NCBI GenBank assembly: GCA_965203555.1
Contig: CBDBCY010000004.1
Coordinates: 2,624,001 to 2,688,000 of the forward strand
Origin: Acidimicrobiia bacterium
Lineage (GTDB): Bacteria > Actinomycetota > Acidimicrobiia > Spongiisociales > ZC4RG35
Reading direction: 5' to 3'
DNA: 64,000 nucleotides
Every line of letters starts with the position of its first letter. Within the stretch, counting starts at the first letter, position 1. A program made the position numbers and the translations under genes. The notes under the pieces are model-generated. The model saw only the letters and a program-made list of their open reading frames with translations. It was not told where the DNA came from and did no database searches. Positions 10,316 to 20,415 of this stretch are shown piece after piece.

Positions 10316-11326
10316 ATGGGCAGGGACCACCACCTCCTTGAGGTCCGTGATCTCAAAGTGGTATTTCCGGCTCGGGGCGGCACGGTCCAGGCTGTCCGGG
10401 ACGTCTCCTTCACCGTCGATCCGGGCGAATCACTGGGGATCGTCGGCGAGTCCGGGTCGGGCAAGAGCACCATCGCGCGAGCAGCCCTCGGGTTGATCGA
10501 ATTGCCGGGCAGGATAGTCAGGGGGGAGGTTCTGTGGAAAGGCCGTTCGCTGCGGGACAAGAGGATCGCCCGCCGGATTCGCGGCCGGGAAATCAGCATG
10601 GTGTCCCAAGACCCCATGGCGTCGATGAACCCCATCCTCACGGTCGGCACGCAGATGACCGAGGTCATGACCCGGCATCTGGGCCTCAGCAGGGCGCAAG
10701 CCCGCACTGCAGCAGCCGATCTGCTGGAGAAGGTGGGGATTCCCGACCCGAAGCGCCGTCTCGGACAGTACCCGTTCGAGTTCTCCGGAGGCATGCAGCA
10801 GCGGGTGGTGATTGCCATAGCGCTCTCCTGCGATCCCATGATGCTGATCGCCGACGAGCCGACCACGGCTCTCGACGTGACCACCCAGGCGCAGATCCTC
10901 GATCTGATCTTCACACTCCAGAGGGACCTGGGCCTGGCCCTCCTGCTGATCACTCACGACCTCGGAGTGGTAGCCGGGGCCTGCGACCTTCTCAAAGTCC
11001 TTTACGCGGGAGAGATCGTCGAGTCAGGAACGGCCGACCAGTTGTTTCATCGGCCCCATCATCCGTACACCGCCGCTCTCTTGGGTTCAACACCTCGCCT
11101 CGATGTGAAGGCGGAGCGCCTGGTGGCGATCGAGGGCCAGCCTCCCGATCTTCGCCTCGATCATATCGGCTGCAGCTTCGCCCCTCGATGTCCCTACTCG
11201 ACGGGCCGGTGTGAGTCAGCCTCTCCAAGTCTGGGGACATCTTCGGAGGGACGGGCATTTGCCTGCTGGCATCCTCTCGATCATCGACTGGGTTCGGCCC
11301 CTGACCGGAAGCATGGACATGGCTAG
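10316..11326 (+). CDS. ABC ATP-binding protein, DppD/OppD type
   Basis: [29 protein letters not shown] and Cys-rich C-terminus. Confidence 0.92.
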   Translation: MGRDHHLLEVRDLKVVFPARGGTVQAVRDVSFTVDPGESLGIVGESGSGKSTIARAALGLIELPGRIVRGEVLWKGRSLRDKRIARRIRGREISMVSQDPMASMNPILTVGTQMTEVMTRHLGLSRAQARTAAADLLEKVGIPDPKRRLGQYPFEFSGGMQQRVVIAIALSCDPMMLIADEPTTALDVTTQAQILDLIFTLQRDLGLALLLITHDLGVVAGACDLLKVLYAGEIVESGTADQLFHRPHHPYTAALLGSTPRLDVKAERLVAIEGQPPDLRLDHIGCSFAPRCPYSTGRCESASPSLGTSSEGRAFACWHPLDHRLGSAPDRKHGHG

Positions 11327-12296
11327 TCCTCTGCTCGAAGTTGAAGGGCTGACAGTCACATACAACGTCGGCCGCGAGGGCTTCTGGGGTCAACGCCAAA
11401 CGCGTCTCACGGCGGTTGACGACATCAGCTTCTCGATCCAGCGGGGCGAGACGTTCGGCCTGGTGGGGGAATCGGGCTCCGGCAAAACCACAACCGGGCG
11501 CGCCATTCTCGGAAAGGTGCCCATCACCTCCGGCCGTGTCAGATTTGCCGGGCGCGACATCACCGGTGTGGAAGGCCGGGAGCGGCGGTCGATACGCCGC
11601 AACATGCAGTTGATTCCCCAGAATCCCTATGGAAGCCTCAATCCTCGTATGAAAGTGCGGGACCTGATCGCCGAACCCCTGGTGGTACACCGGCAGTTCA
11701 CGAGCGCCAGGCGAGCCACGGAACGAGTGGTGGAACTCCTCGAATTGACGGGGATGAACCCGCACGACATGCACAAGTATCCCCATGCCTTCAGCGGGGG
11801 ACAACGTCAAAGAATCGTCATTGCGCGGGCGCTGGCTCTCAACCCGGATCTGATAGTCGCCGACGAGCCGGTGTCCGCCCTGGACGTTTCTATCCAAGCC
11901 CAAGTCGTCAACTTGCTGCAGGATCTGCAGGGCCGGCTCAATCTCACCTACGTCTTCATAGCACACGACTTGGCCGTTGTGCGTCACATCTCCCACCGCA
12001 TAGGGATCATGTATGCAGGGAAGCTGGTTGAGGTTGCGAATTCCGAGAGTGTTTACCGGACTCCCATCCACCCTTACACCGAGGCCCTGCTCTCTTCCGT
12101 TCCGATCCCGGATCCGCGGATCCAGCGCGGCCGAGCGGGGGAGGTGATCCAGGGCGAGCCGCCGGACCCGATACACCCGCCCGCCGGTTGCCGGTTTCAC
12201 ACCAGGTGCCCTTTGGCTGAGCCGCGCTGCCGTGAGGCGCCGCCGCCCCTGGAAGTGAAGACACCTCGACACGAGGCAGCCTGTTGGCTGCGATAG
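11313..12296 (+). CDS. ABC ATP-binding protein, DppF/OppF type
   Basis: [25 protein letters not shown] and GCRFHTRC; start could be 11319. Confidence 0.92.
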   Translation: MDMASPLLEVEGLTVTYNVGREGFWGQRQTRLTAVDDISFSIQRGETFGLVGESGSGKTTTGRAILGKVPITSGRVRFAGRDITGVEGRERRSIRRNMQLIPQNPYGSLNPRMKVRDLIAEPLVVHRQFTSARRATERVVELLELTGMNPHDMHKYPHAFSGGQRQRIVIARALALNPDLIVADEPVSALDVSIQAQVVNLLQDLQGRLNLTYVFIAHDLAVVRHISHRIGIMYAGKLVEVANSESVYRTPIHPYTEALLSSVPIPDPRIQRGRAGEVIQGEPPDPIHPPAGCRFHTRCPLAEPRCREAPPPLEVKTPRHEAACWLR

Positions 12297-12363
12297 CCGC
12301 TCGGCCGGTTCGTGCCGGACCCGGGTCCGGTCACCCCAGGGGTGGGAACCCCTCGGCTCGGCG

Positions 12364-13593
12364 ATGAAACGGCTGGGTCCCTCCTACAACGGGCTCCTCA
12401 CCGCTTTCACGATTTCCAATGTGGGCAACGGGGTGCTGATTGCGGCGCTCCCGTTGTTGGTGGCATCCAGCACCCGGAACCCGCTGGCGATTAGTGGACT
12501 GATGGTGGCCGCCGGGATTCCCTGGCTGTTGATCGGGCCTTTCTCGGGGGCGATCGTGGATAGAGTGGATCGTCGGAGCGCGATGGTTCTGGCTGAAGCG
12601 GGTCGGGTGGCAATCATGGGTGCAGCGACCCTCTATGTTTTCGGAGGCGGTGACTCGATCATTGCCCTGTATGCGCTGCTGATCGTCGTCGGGGTCGGTG
12701 AGACCTTCTTCGACGCCGCCGGTCTTGCTCTGGTCCCCGGTTTGGTGACTTCTGTTCAGTTGGACGCCGCCAACAGTCGGCTGTTTGGAGCTCAGACCCT
12801 GGCTCAACGGTTCATAGGACCCCCGCTGGGCGGGTGGCTCTTTGCCTTCGCAGCCTGGGTGCCTCTTGGCGTGGACGCATTGAGCTTCTTGGCGGCCGCC
12901 CTAGTGGCATTGTGGCTTCCAAGGGGCGCCGTCCGGGAACGGTCGCAACGTCCCGGCGGCGGGTTGATGACCGAGACGATCGAAGGCATCCAGTGGGTGT
13001 GGCGGGACTCCGTCTTGCGGGCATTCGTTGTCGGATCGGGATCCCTTCACTTCGCAAACGGAGCGGGCCTGTCCGTCCTTGTTTTGGTGGCCCAGGACCG
13101 CTACCGACTCACGGGCTTCGGCTTCGGGCTGACCCTTAGCGCGTTGGCTGTCGGGTTCATCCTCGGTTATATCGCTGCGCCTTCGGTTGCCGCCAAGTTT
13201 CCCCGCGCGAGGATTTGCGTGGTCTCAGTGGTCGGTGCGGCATCCGGTTTCCTACTGGTGGCGGGATCGAGTCTCGCCATGGTAGGCGGGTTGGGACTGG
13301 CTCTGGTCGGAGCTTCCGGCGCTCAGTTGAGTGTTGTGGCCATCTCCTATCGCCAAGCGGCGGTGCCGGACCGGATTCTCGGACGGGTGATGGCTGGTTT
13401 CCTGTTCGTCGGACACGGAGCGACTCCGGTCGGCGCCCTGGTCGGGGGACTGGTGGCTGCATGGGCGGGAGTCGGCTACACGTATGTTGCTGCGGCGCTG
13501 TCCATGGCAGTGGTGGCGCCCTACCTGTGGATCGCTTTGAAGGACAAGGAACTCGATCCCGGTCGCCTGGGAGGGGAGTCAACGGACTCGTAG
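12364..13593 (+). CDS. MFS transporter (H+ antiporter/MefA-like)
   Basis: About 12 TM helices, GAIVDRVDRR motif A, VPDRILGRV. Confidence 0.85.
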   Translation: MKRLGPSYNGLLTAFTISNVGNGVLIAALPLLVASSTRNPLAISGLMVAAGIPWLLIGPFSGAIVDRVDRRSAMVLAEAGRVAIMGAATLYVFGGGDSIIALYALLIVVGVGETFFDAAGLALVPGLVTSVQLDAANSRLFGAQTLAQRFIGPPLGGWLFAFAAWVPLGVDALSFLAAALVALWLPRGAVRERSQRPGGGLMTETIEGIQWVWRDSVLRAFVVGSGSLHFANGAGLSVLVLVAQDRYRLTGFGFGLTLSALAVGFILGYIAAPSVAAKFPRARICVVSVVGAASGFLLVAGSSLAMVGGLGLALVGASGAQLSVVAISYRQAAVPDRILGRVMAGFLFVGHGATPVGALVGGLVAAWAGVGYTYVAAALSMAVVAPYLWIALKDKELDPGRLGGESTDS

Positions 13594-13607
13594 CCGGCCT
13601 CCCCTCA

Positions 13608-14225
13608 TCACGGCGGGCCGCCGGGGGGACCGTAATGGCGGAGTCCTTCTTGGAGGTTCTGGGGGGTGTCCACCGAGAACCATGATCGGCCGTCTTCCCC
13701 CCAGGACCTCCACACCGGCGCCGCGACGACGGTTCCCCGCAACCGGGGGATGACCGGTTGCAGAGACTGCTGCGTTCGGGCTGCCTCCTCCAGCAGGGGA
13801 AGGGATCGCGCCGGATAGGCGCCGCAGGTCACCTGGTAGTGGCGGTCCATCGGAACGGCGGGCTGGGGATGGACATCCAAGATGGCAGCCAGGGTGGCGG
13901 GCCGGACCCAGGGTTGGTCGACACCAACCACCAGCACGGACCGTCCGCCTGCCTTTATCAGGCCGGTGACGATGCCGGCGCTCGGTCCCCGGCGGCCTGC
14001 CACGGCGTCCGGTACCGAGCGAATGCCCTCCGCGGTCTCCCGGCCGACCACCAGCACCTCGGAAACCACCTGCGACAGGGCCGCGAACACCCAGTCCAAC
14101 ATGGTGCGCCCCTCCAGGATCGTCCGAGCCTTGTCCGAGCCCATCCGCCGGGATCGACCGCCGGCCAGGATCACTCCCAGGGTCTCCGGGGAGGGGGTGC
14201 GAGGTGGGGACGGGGAGAGATTCAA
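13608..14225 (-). CDS. mobA: Molybdenum cofactor guanylyltransferase
   Basis: ILAGGRSRRMGSDKA, GPSAGI, VDQP and SVDTP motifs; the TTG start at 14225 is a best guess within a longer ORF. Confidence 0.8.
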   Translation of the reverse strand: MNLSPSPPRTPSPETLGVILAGGRSRRMGSDKARTILEGRTMLDWVFAALSQVVSEVLVVGRETAEGIRSVPDAVAGRRGPSAGIVTGLIKAGGRSVLVVGVDQPWVRPATLAAILDVHPQPAVPMDRHYQVTCGAYPARSLPLLEEAARTQQSLQPVIPRLRGTVVAAPVWRSWGEDGRSWFSVDTPQNLQEGLRHYGPPGGPP

Positions 14226-14259
14226 TGTCGGGGAAGGTGAGCCAATACAATCGCAGGGA

Positions 14260-15510
14260 GTGAAGCAACAGGTTACCGATCCGGATCTCTCTGGCCTACG
14301 GCGCCGATTGCTATACGTTCTCTTCGCCGGCACGACCATGGGATGGGTCGGCTTCATTGCCACCCTGACGGTGGCCACGGTGGCAGCCCGTTCCCTGACC
14401 GGATCAACGGTCTTGGCGGGTATTCCACTGGCGGCCGGGGCTTTGGGACAGGCGTTGGGTACCAACCTGTTCGGGAGGTTGAGCGCCAGCCGCGGTCGTC
14501 GGTTCATCATGCTGATGGGCCCGCCGCTCTCCGCTCTGGGAGCAGCATTGGAAATGGTGGGGGTGGTGGCGGGTCGGTACTGGCTGTTGGTTGCCGGAGC
14601 GGTGTTCGTGGGTGTCGGCCTGGGCTCCCAGCACCTGTCCCGGTACGTCGCCGCCGAGTTGGCTGAGGAACGGCGCCGGGGACTGACGATGGGGATCCTG
14701 GTGTGGTCCGGGGCCATCGGCGCGGTGGTGGGGGCCAATATGGTGGAAGGGGTAGGCCAGATGGTGGAGGGCAGCCTGGGTACGCAGTACGCCGGGGCTT
14801 TTCTGCTGGCGGCAGTGGCGTTTCTTCTCACCTGGTTGCTGTTCTGGTGGGCCCTTCGTCCGGATCCTTCGAGGGTGGCGGTGACCGCCCAAGCGGCGGT
14901 CCCAAGCGGAGGAGGCCGCACGGTGGGCGCGGCGCTGAGACTGCCGGCCGTGCAGGTGGCCATTCTGGCCTTGATTTCAGCCCAAGTGGTGATGGTGACG
15001 GTGATGACGGCCACGCCTCTTCGCATTGAGGACGCGGGGTACGGTCTGAACACAGTCGGAGTGGTGATCTCCACTCACACAGCGGGAATGTTCGTCTTCG
15101 CACCCTTGGTAGGAAAGTTGGTCGACCGCATAGGTTTTCTGCCGGTCCTGGGCATCGGATTATTCGTTACCTGGGTCTCTCTGCTCCTATCGGGGATCGC
15201 CCCGTATGACGGGTACGGGATGTTGAACGCCGGGCTGTTTCTGTTGGGACTGGGTTGGAGCTTTTCCTTCGTGGCAGGTAGTTCCATGTTGTTTGCTGCT
15301 GCTCCGGGTGACATCCGCCAAGTGGTGGAGGGGTGGGCGGATTCGGTGACACACATCATGGTTATGACCGGCAGTGCCGCCGCGGGAGTCCTCATGAGCG
15401 CCATCGGGTTCGGTCTGCTGAACCTGGTGGCGGCTGTGTTCTTGCTGGCAATCCTCTTGCTGGTCTCTATCGCCCCCAGCCTTCGGACCGAGCTTGCGGC
15501 CCGACCATAG
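14260..15510 (+). CDS. MFS transporter, tandem copy 1
   Basis: About 12 TM helices, GKLVDRIG; GTG start, TACAAT -10 at 14246-14251. Confidence 0.85.
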   Translation: MKQQVTDPDLSGLRRRLLYVLFAGTTMGWVGFIATLTVATVAARSLTGSTVLAGIPLAAGALGQALGTNLFGRLSASRGRRFIMLMGPPLSALGAALEMVGVVAGRYWLLVAGAVFVGVGLGSQHLSRYVAAELAEERRRGLTMGILVWSGAIGAVVGANMVEGVGQMVEGSLGTQYAGAFLLAAVAFLLTWLLFWWALRPDPSRVAVTAQAAVPSGGGRTVGAALRLPAVQVAILALISAQVVMVTVMTATPLRIEDAGYGLNTVGVVISTHTAGMFVFAPLVGKLVDRIGFLPVLGIGLFVTWVSLLLSGIAPYDGYGMLNAGLFLLGLGWSFSFVAGSSMLFAAAPGDIRQVVEGWADSVTHIMVMTGSAAAGVLMSAIGFGLLNLVAAVFLLAILLLVSIAPSLRTELAARP

Positions 15511-15522
15511 AATCGCAGGGGA

Positions 15523-16767
15523 GTGAAGCGTCAGGTTGCCGATCTCGAGTTCACTGCAGTTCGGCGTCGTTTGGTTTATGTGCTCTTTGCGGGAGCGATG
15601 CTGGGCTGGATTGCATTCGTATCCACCCTCACGGTCGCCACCGTGGCGGCCCGTTCCCTGACGGGGTCGACCACTCTTGCCGGACTTCCCCTGGCAGCCG
15701 GAGCGCTGGGTCAGGCCTTGGGCACCAACCTGCTCGGACGGTTGAGCGCTCGGCGCGGTCGCCGATTCATTATGTTGATCGGACCTCCGGTGTCAGCCAT
15801 AGGCGCCGCATTGGAGTTGGCAGGTGTGGTCTGGGATCGGTATTGGATGTTGGTGGGAGGAGCGGTGTTCGTGGGCATGGGGGTGGGCGCCATCCATCTG
15901 GCCCGGTACGCCGCAGCTGAATTGTCCGACGATCAGAGCCGTGGACGGGCGGTGGGGATCCTGGTTTGGTCGGGTACTGCCGGATCCCTGGTGGGGGCCA
16001 ATCTTGTGGATGGCGTCGGCAAGATTGTGGAGGGCGCGCTGGGCACACCCTACGCCGGCGCATTCCTCCTGGCAGTTGTGGCCTTCCTTCTCTCCTGGCT
16101 CACGTTCTGGATAGCGCTGCGTCCCGATCCCTCGGCAGTGGCAGTGACGGCAGAGGTGGCGCCCACTGCCGGAAGCGGGGGCTCCGTGGGTTCAGCCCTC
16201 ATGCGACCCTCGGTCCAATTGTCCATTCTGGCTTTGCTGTCAGCGCAGGGGGCGATGGTGCTGGTGATGACCGCCACGCCGCTTCGCATCGAAGACGCAG
16301 GGTATGGCCTGAACATCGTGGGAGTGGTCTTTTCTTTCCACGCGGTGGGGATGTTCGCTTTCGCTCCGTTGGTTGGAAAGATCGTCGATCGTATGGGAAA
16401 ACTGCCTGCACTGGGTCTCGGCGCCGTATTGACCTGGACATCGCTGTTTCTCTCCGGGACCGCTCCTTACGAGGGCTATTGGATGCTGAGCGCCGGGCTG
16501 TTTCTTCTGGGGTTGGGTTGGAGTTTTTCCTTTATAGCGGGTAGTTCCATGTTGTTTGCCGCGGCGCCCGCCGATGTCCGCCAGGTTGTGGAGGGATGGG
16601 CGGATTCGGCGATCTGGACGATGGTCATGGTGGGGAGCGTGGTGACGGGAATCCTGATGAACGCTATTGGCTACGGTCTTCTCAACCTGGTGGCGGCGGG
16701 CCCTCCCCTGGTGATTGTCCTGCTGGTACTGGCCACCCCGAGACTGAGAGCGGAACTTGCGGGCTAG
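15523..16767 (+). CDS. MFS transporter, tandem copy 2
   Basis: Colinear paralog of 14260..15510 (shared ALRPDPS, MTATPLRIEDAGYGLN); TAGAAT -10 at 15508-15513. Confidence 0.85.
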   Translation: MKRQVADLEFTAVRRRLVYVLFAGAMLGWIAFVSTLTVATVAARSLTGSTTLAGLPLAAGALGQALGTNLLGRLSARRGRRFIMLIGPPVSAIGAALELAGVVWDRYWMLVGGAVFVGMGVGAIHLARYAAAELSDDQSRGRAVGILVWSGTAGSLVGANLVDGVGKIVEGALGTPYAGAFLLAVVAFLLSWLTFWIALRPDPSAVAVTAEVAPTAGSGGSVGSALMRPSVQLSILALLSAQGAMVLVMTATPLRIEDAGYGLNIVGVVFSFHAVGMFAFAPLVGKIVDRMGKLPALGLGAVLTWTSLFLSGTAPYEGYWMLSAGLFLLGLGWSFSFIAGSSMLFAAAPADVRQVVEGWADSAIWTMVMVGSVVTGILMNAIGYGLLNLVAAGPPLVIVLLVLATPRLRAELAG

Positions 16768-17042
16768 GTTGCCGAGCCGTGTGAACTGCGGAAGCAACCC
16801 GGCCGGTCGAACGGGCATATAGGTGTTCGGGTGGTTCACTTCTCCGAACCGGCCCAGGGATGGCTTTACTGCTTTCGGGATGGATGTGGCTTCTCACGCT
16901 GGGTAGCGGGGCAAATTGCCTTGATGCACTCCAGACCGGTTCAGCCTGTGTAGGCAAGGGCCTATCGCTGTCCTATCGACCTCGACCAGTTGCTCCCGGT
17001 ATCGGATGATCAGGCGGAGGAACAAGGGGTGGTGCCGCAGGA

Positions 17043-17072
17043 ACATTCCAAGATCAGGCAATCTTGGAATGT
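17043..17072. repeat. Perfect 12-bp inverted repeat spanning the antitoxin stop codon
   Basis: ACATTCCAAGAT-caggca-ATCTTGGAATGT. Confidence 0.85.
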
Positions 17073-17725
17073 CTTACGGCATCGCGGTACTGCTCATCGG
17101 TCAAGCCCCACATTGCCTTTATCGATTCCGTGGGCTCACCGGCTGCTACGGCCTCGACAATGTCATATACGCGGAGTCGGCGCCCCTTGAACGTGGGCTC
17201 TCCCGAGGCGTATTCAGGATCCAACACCACGTGCTCAGCCAAATGAAAGCGAATCACGGTGCCGCCGGCGTCGTATTCGGCTTCCTGCTGGAATCGGCGC
17301 ACTGCCATCGAGGGCAGTACCATCTGTCCCGAACGTATTACGAACCACAACGGCCTATCGAGGTTCGTTTCGTCTTGGACTCGTTGCACCAGTTCGCATC
17401 CTTCGACATCGAGGAAGGGCCTGGCGGTAGCCAGTGGATGTGCCGTTCCGAAAGTTTCCCGGAGGGCCTCAATGGCTGGGCGCATCCGGAAGATGTTGAT
17501 GCCGGCGGTCCTGTACTCTGAAATCAGGCGAGTCTCCACAAACTCGCCCCAGGTAACGATCGTCGATCCCGTCGGTTGATGTCTGACGATGGGTTCATAC
17601 CGTCTGCCAAGCCGTTCGTAGCCATCAATCCAACGCTTCGATGTGCCTCGAGACAGTTCCAGAATCCGGTCGACCTGACCTACTCCGTAGACTTCGCGAT
17701 CAAGCAGCGACGCTACGTTGTCCAT
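17054..17725 (-). CDS. DUF433-domain HTH protein (VapB45-like putative antitoxin), no adjacent toxin
   Basis: N-terminal HTH-like segment, TWGEFVE, HPLA; C-terminal VVLDPEYASGEPTFKGRRLRV...AVAAGE typical of DUF433; ORF can extend to 17764. Confidence 0.75.
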   Translation of the reverse strand: MDNVASLLDREVYGVGQVDRILELSRGTSKRWIDGYERLGRRYEPIVRHQPTGSTIVTWGEFVETRLISEYRTAGINIFRMRPAIEALRETFGTAHPLATARPFLDVEGCELVQRVQDETNLDRPLWFVIRSGQMVLPSMAVRRFQQEAEYDAGGTVIRFHLAEHVVLDPEYASGEPTFKGRRLRVYDIVEAVAAGEPTESIKAMWGLTDEQYRDAVRHSKIA

Positions 17726-17838
17726 GGCGTGATCCTGCCGTTTGCCGTCATTCGTCCCCTTCACAGTTCATGTGATGAGGATGCTAACCGACAACTGTCC
17801 CGCCGCCCGGCCGGCCTGGCATGGGTCCCTTCAGCAAT

Positions 17839-17880
17839 TGTCCGGGTGAAGGTTACGGCTGTCCGGGTGAAGGTTACGGC
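17839..17880. repeat. Perfect 21-bp tandem direct repeat (2 copies)
   Basis: TGTCCGGGTGAAGGTTACGGC x2. Confidence 0.9.
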
Positions 17881-17951
17881 GCCGCCGTCCTTGGCGCCCG
17901 GTCGCCCGGTCATGGGAGTTTTTGCAGTGCTACCGGTTGAGACGCCTCCCT

Positions 17952-18644
17952 CTAATCGGATCGGGCTCGACTTGTGGACAGACGATATCCCCACCAGATA
18001 AGAGAAGCGGCGGCGAGCAGGGAGACCGAGAAGGCGGAGGACTCGTTGAGAAAGCCCAGGATGGTGCCCCCGGCGGCGGCTGCCAGGACTCCCGCCACAA
18101 TGGCCAGGTTCGCCAACGCCCGCCTCCGATTGGACTTGCGGAACCGGACGGCCCCCCACAGAGCGGCCGTCACCAGCACCAGGGTTCCCATGCCTCCGGC
18201 AATCGCCGCCAGCAGACGGGGACCGAACCCCGCCTCGGCAATGGACGGGAAGATGTCGGAGGGAATTCCACCCTCGGGCAGGGCTCGATGAAATGGCGTG
18301 ACGCTCACCAGCGTGGTCGCAATGGCGGAGAAGCCGAACAGACCCACCGTCATAATGTGCCCTGCTCTGCGGCCCACCGAGAGAAAGACCGATCCCAGCG
18401 CCAGGAACGGGATGTTGAGAACTGCGCCGAACAGGAAGAAAACCCGGTAGTTGAACCCGTGCCATCCCCATCCCAGGGCAGAGAACAAAGCCCAAACGGC
18501 CAGTGAGAACATGGCCATTCCCGCCGTGTAGGCTGACAGGTGCGGTCGCGGGCGCCGGCGCAGGTCACGGGCAAGGTCCAGGGTGGCGGCGGTTGAGACT
18601 ACTGCAGCGGTGACAGCAAAACCCAGGGCGAGGAGATTGCCCAC
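17952..18644 (-). CDS. Hypothetical multi-pass membrane protein (about 7 TM)
   Basis: 230-aa hydrophobic ORF filling the gap; divergent from cocE-like gene. Confidence 0.7.
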   Translation of the reverse strand: MGNLLALGFAVTAAVVSTAATLDLARDLRRRPRPHLSAYTAGMAMFSLAVWALFSALGWGWHGFNYRVFFLFGAVLNIPFLALGSVFLSVGRRAGHIMTVGLFGFSAIATTLVSVTPFHRALPEGGIPSDIFPSIAEAGFGPRLLAAIAGGMGTLVLVTAALWGAVRFRKSNRRRALANLAIVAGVLAAAAGGTILGFLNESSAFSVSLLAAASLIWWGYRLSTSRARSD

Positions 18645-18680
18645 GCGGGAGATGCTATCAGGCGAGAAGGAGAATTCTTA

Positions 18681-20414
18681 ATGAGCGGACCAAGGCCCTG
18701 GCCGGGAGTACCGGATGTCACCGTGGAGCGGGACGTTCCAGCTCGGATGCGAGACGGAACCGTTCTTTACGCGGATGTCTATCGTCCGGCGACCGACGCC
18801 CTGCTGCCGGTGCTGCTGATGCGCTCTCCCTACGACAAGCGCAACGCCACCTCGCCCTTTGGCCATGCCCACCCCATCTGGTACGCCTCGCAGGGATACG
18901 TGGTGGTGATCCAGGACTGCAGGGGCAGAGCGACCTCGGAAGGCGAGTTCTATCCCTATCTTTACGAGTCCTCGGACGGGTTTGACACCGTCGAATGGGC
19001 AGCGCGTCTCCCCGGCGTCGACGGCCGGGTGGGTATGTGGGGGTTTTCCTATGTGGGCGCCACCCAGATGCTGGCCGCGGTCCAGCGTCCGCCCAGCCTG
19101 ACTGCCATCGCCCCCGCCTTCACCGCCTCCCAGTACTACGAGGGATGGACCTACAACGGCGGCGCCCTTTCTTTGGCCTTCATCCTCTACTGGGCCAATC
19201 TCCTGGCTTTGGATACTGCCCAGCGAGCCGGCGACCGGTCCGCCTTCGAAGCGCTGGGAACCTCTCTGGCTGAGGCGCCCGGGTGGTATTGGTTCACCCC
19301 TCTTCGGGATTACCCGCCTCTGTCCGACGGATACGCCCCCTGGTTCTACGACTGGCTCGAGCACTGCACCTATGACGACTACTGGAAGAGGTGGTCGATT
19401 GACGAGGACTACAGCCGGATAACCGTTCCCTCCTTGCATGTGGGAGGTTTGTACGACGTGTTCGTCTCCGGCACGGTCCGCAACTTTTCGGGTCTGCGGG
19501 CCGAAGCCGGCGCCGAGACGGCCCGCAGTGGCCAGAAACTGCTGCTGGGACCGTGGACCCACATGCCTTGGAGTCCCCTGGGATCGTCGGAGGGCCGCCC
19601 GCCCGACACGATCGAAATCGACGACTGGCACCTGCGATGGTTCGATCAGATGATCAAGGGAAGGGACACGGGGGTGCTGGACAGTCCGGTCACCGCCCAT
19701 CTGTACAACGGAGGATGGAGGCACTATGACGACTGGCCTCCGTCGGGAGTGGAGTACCAGGACTGGTTCATTCACTCCGCAGGACGGGCGAACTCCAAGT
19801 TTGGAGATGGGGTGCTGAGCCGTCGAGGACCCGGAGAGGAGCCTGCTGATCTGTACGTCTACGATCCGGCCCTTCCCTCGCCCAGCCAGGGCGGTCACTC
19901 TTGTTGTTTCGACACGATCACTCCGATGGGACCCGCTGACCAGCATGCTTCCGAGACGTCCCGTATGGTTCTGGTCTACACCTCCGATCCCCTCCCACGA
20001 GAGATGACGTTGCTGGGAGATGTAGCCGTTACCCTGTGGGCTGCCACCACCGCCGCGGACACCGACTGGACCGCCAGATTGTGTGCAGTGGATGCCGAAG
20101 GCGTCTCCATCAATCTGCAGGAGGGAATCATCCGGGCGCGCTACCGGGAATCGCTGTCCGATCCCACCCCTATCCGGCCTGACCGGGTCTACCAGTACCG
20201 GATCGACCTGGGTCCGGTGGCGGCTGCGGTAAAGGCCGGACACCGGCTGCGACTGGTCTTGGGGAGCTCGGACTTTCCCCAGTGGGACCGTAACATGAAC
20301 ACTGGCGGCCCTCTGTTCGCCGAGCCCTCCAACGCCGGTATGCCCGCCACCCAGACCGTTCTCCACAACCTTTCTCATCCCACCCGTATAACTCTCCCCG
20401 TCCTGGAAGGATAA
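18681..20414 (+). CDS. CocE/NonD family serine hydrolase (peptidase S15-like)
   Basis: MRDGTVLYADVYRP, RSPY, QDCRGR, GFSYVG nucleophile, GPWTH and SSDFPQWDRN motifs. Confidence 0.92.
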   Translation: MSGPRPWPGVPDVTVERDVPARMRDGTVLYADVYRPATDALLPVLLMRSPYDKRNATSPFGHAHPIWYASQGYVVVIQDCRGRATSEGEFYPYLYESSDGFDTVEWAARLPGVDGRVGMWGFSYVGATQMLAAVQRPPSLTAIAPAFTASQYYEGWTYNGGALSLAFILYWANLLALDTAQRAGDRSAFEALGTSLAEAPGWYWFTPLRDYPPLSDGYAPWFYDWLEHCTYDDYWKRWSIDEDYSRITVPSLHVGGLYDVFVSGTVRNFSGLRAEAGAETARSGQKLLLGPWTHMPWSPLGSSEGRPPDTIEIDDWHLRWFDQMIKGRDTGVLDSPVTAHLYNGGWRHYDDWPPSGVEYQDWFIHSAGRANSKFGDGVLSRRGPGEEPADLYVYDPALPSPSQGGHSCCFDTITPMGPADQHASETSRMVLVYTSDPLPREMTLLGDVAVTLWAATTAADTDWTARLCAVDAEGVSINLQEGIIRARYRESLSDPTPIRPDRVYQYRIDLGPVAAAVKAGHRLRLVLGSSDFPQWDRNMNTGGPLFAEPSNAGMPATQTVLHNLSHPTRITLPVLEG

Positions 20415-20415
20415 G

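Noticed and set aside
13608-15074. 488-aa ORF suggesting a MobA fusion
   Set aside because: The N-terminal ~280 aa are the antisense of the MFS gene; only the last ~205 aa are MobA.
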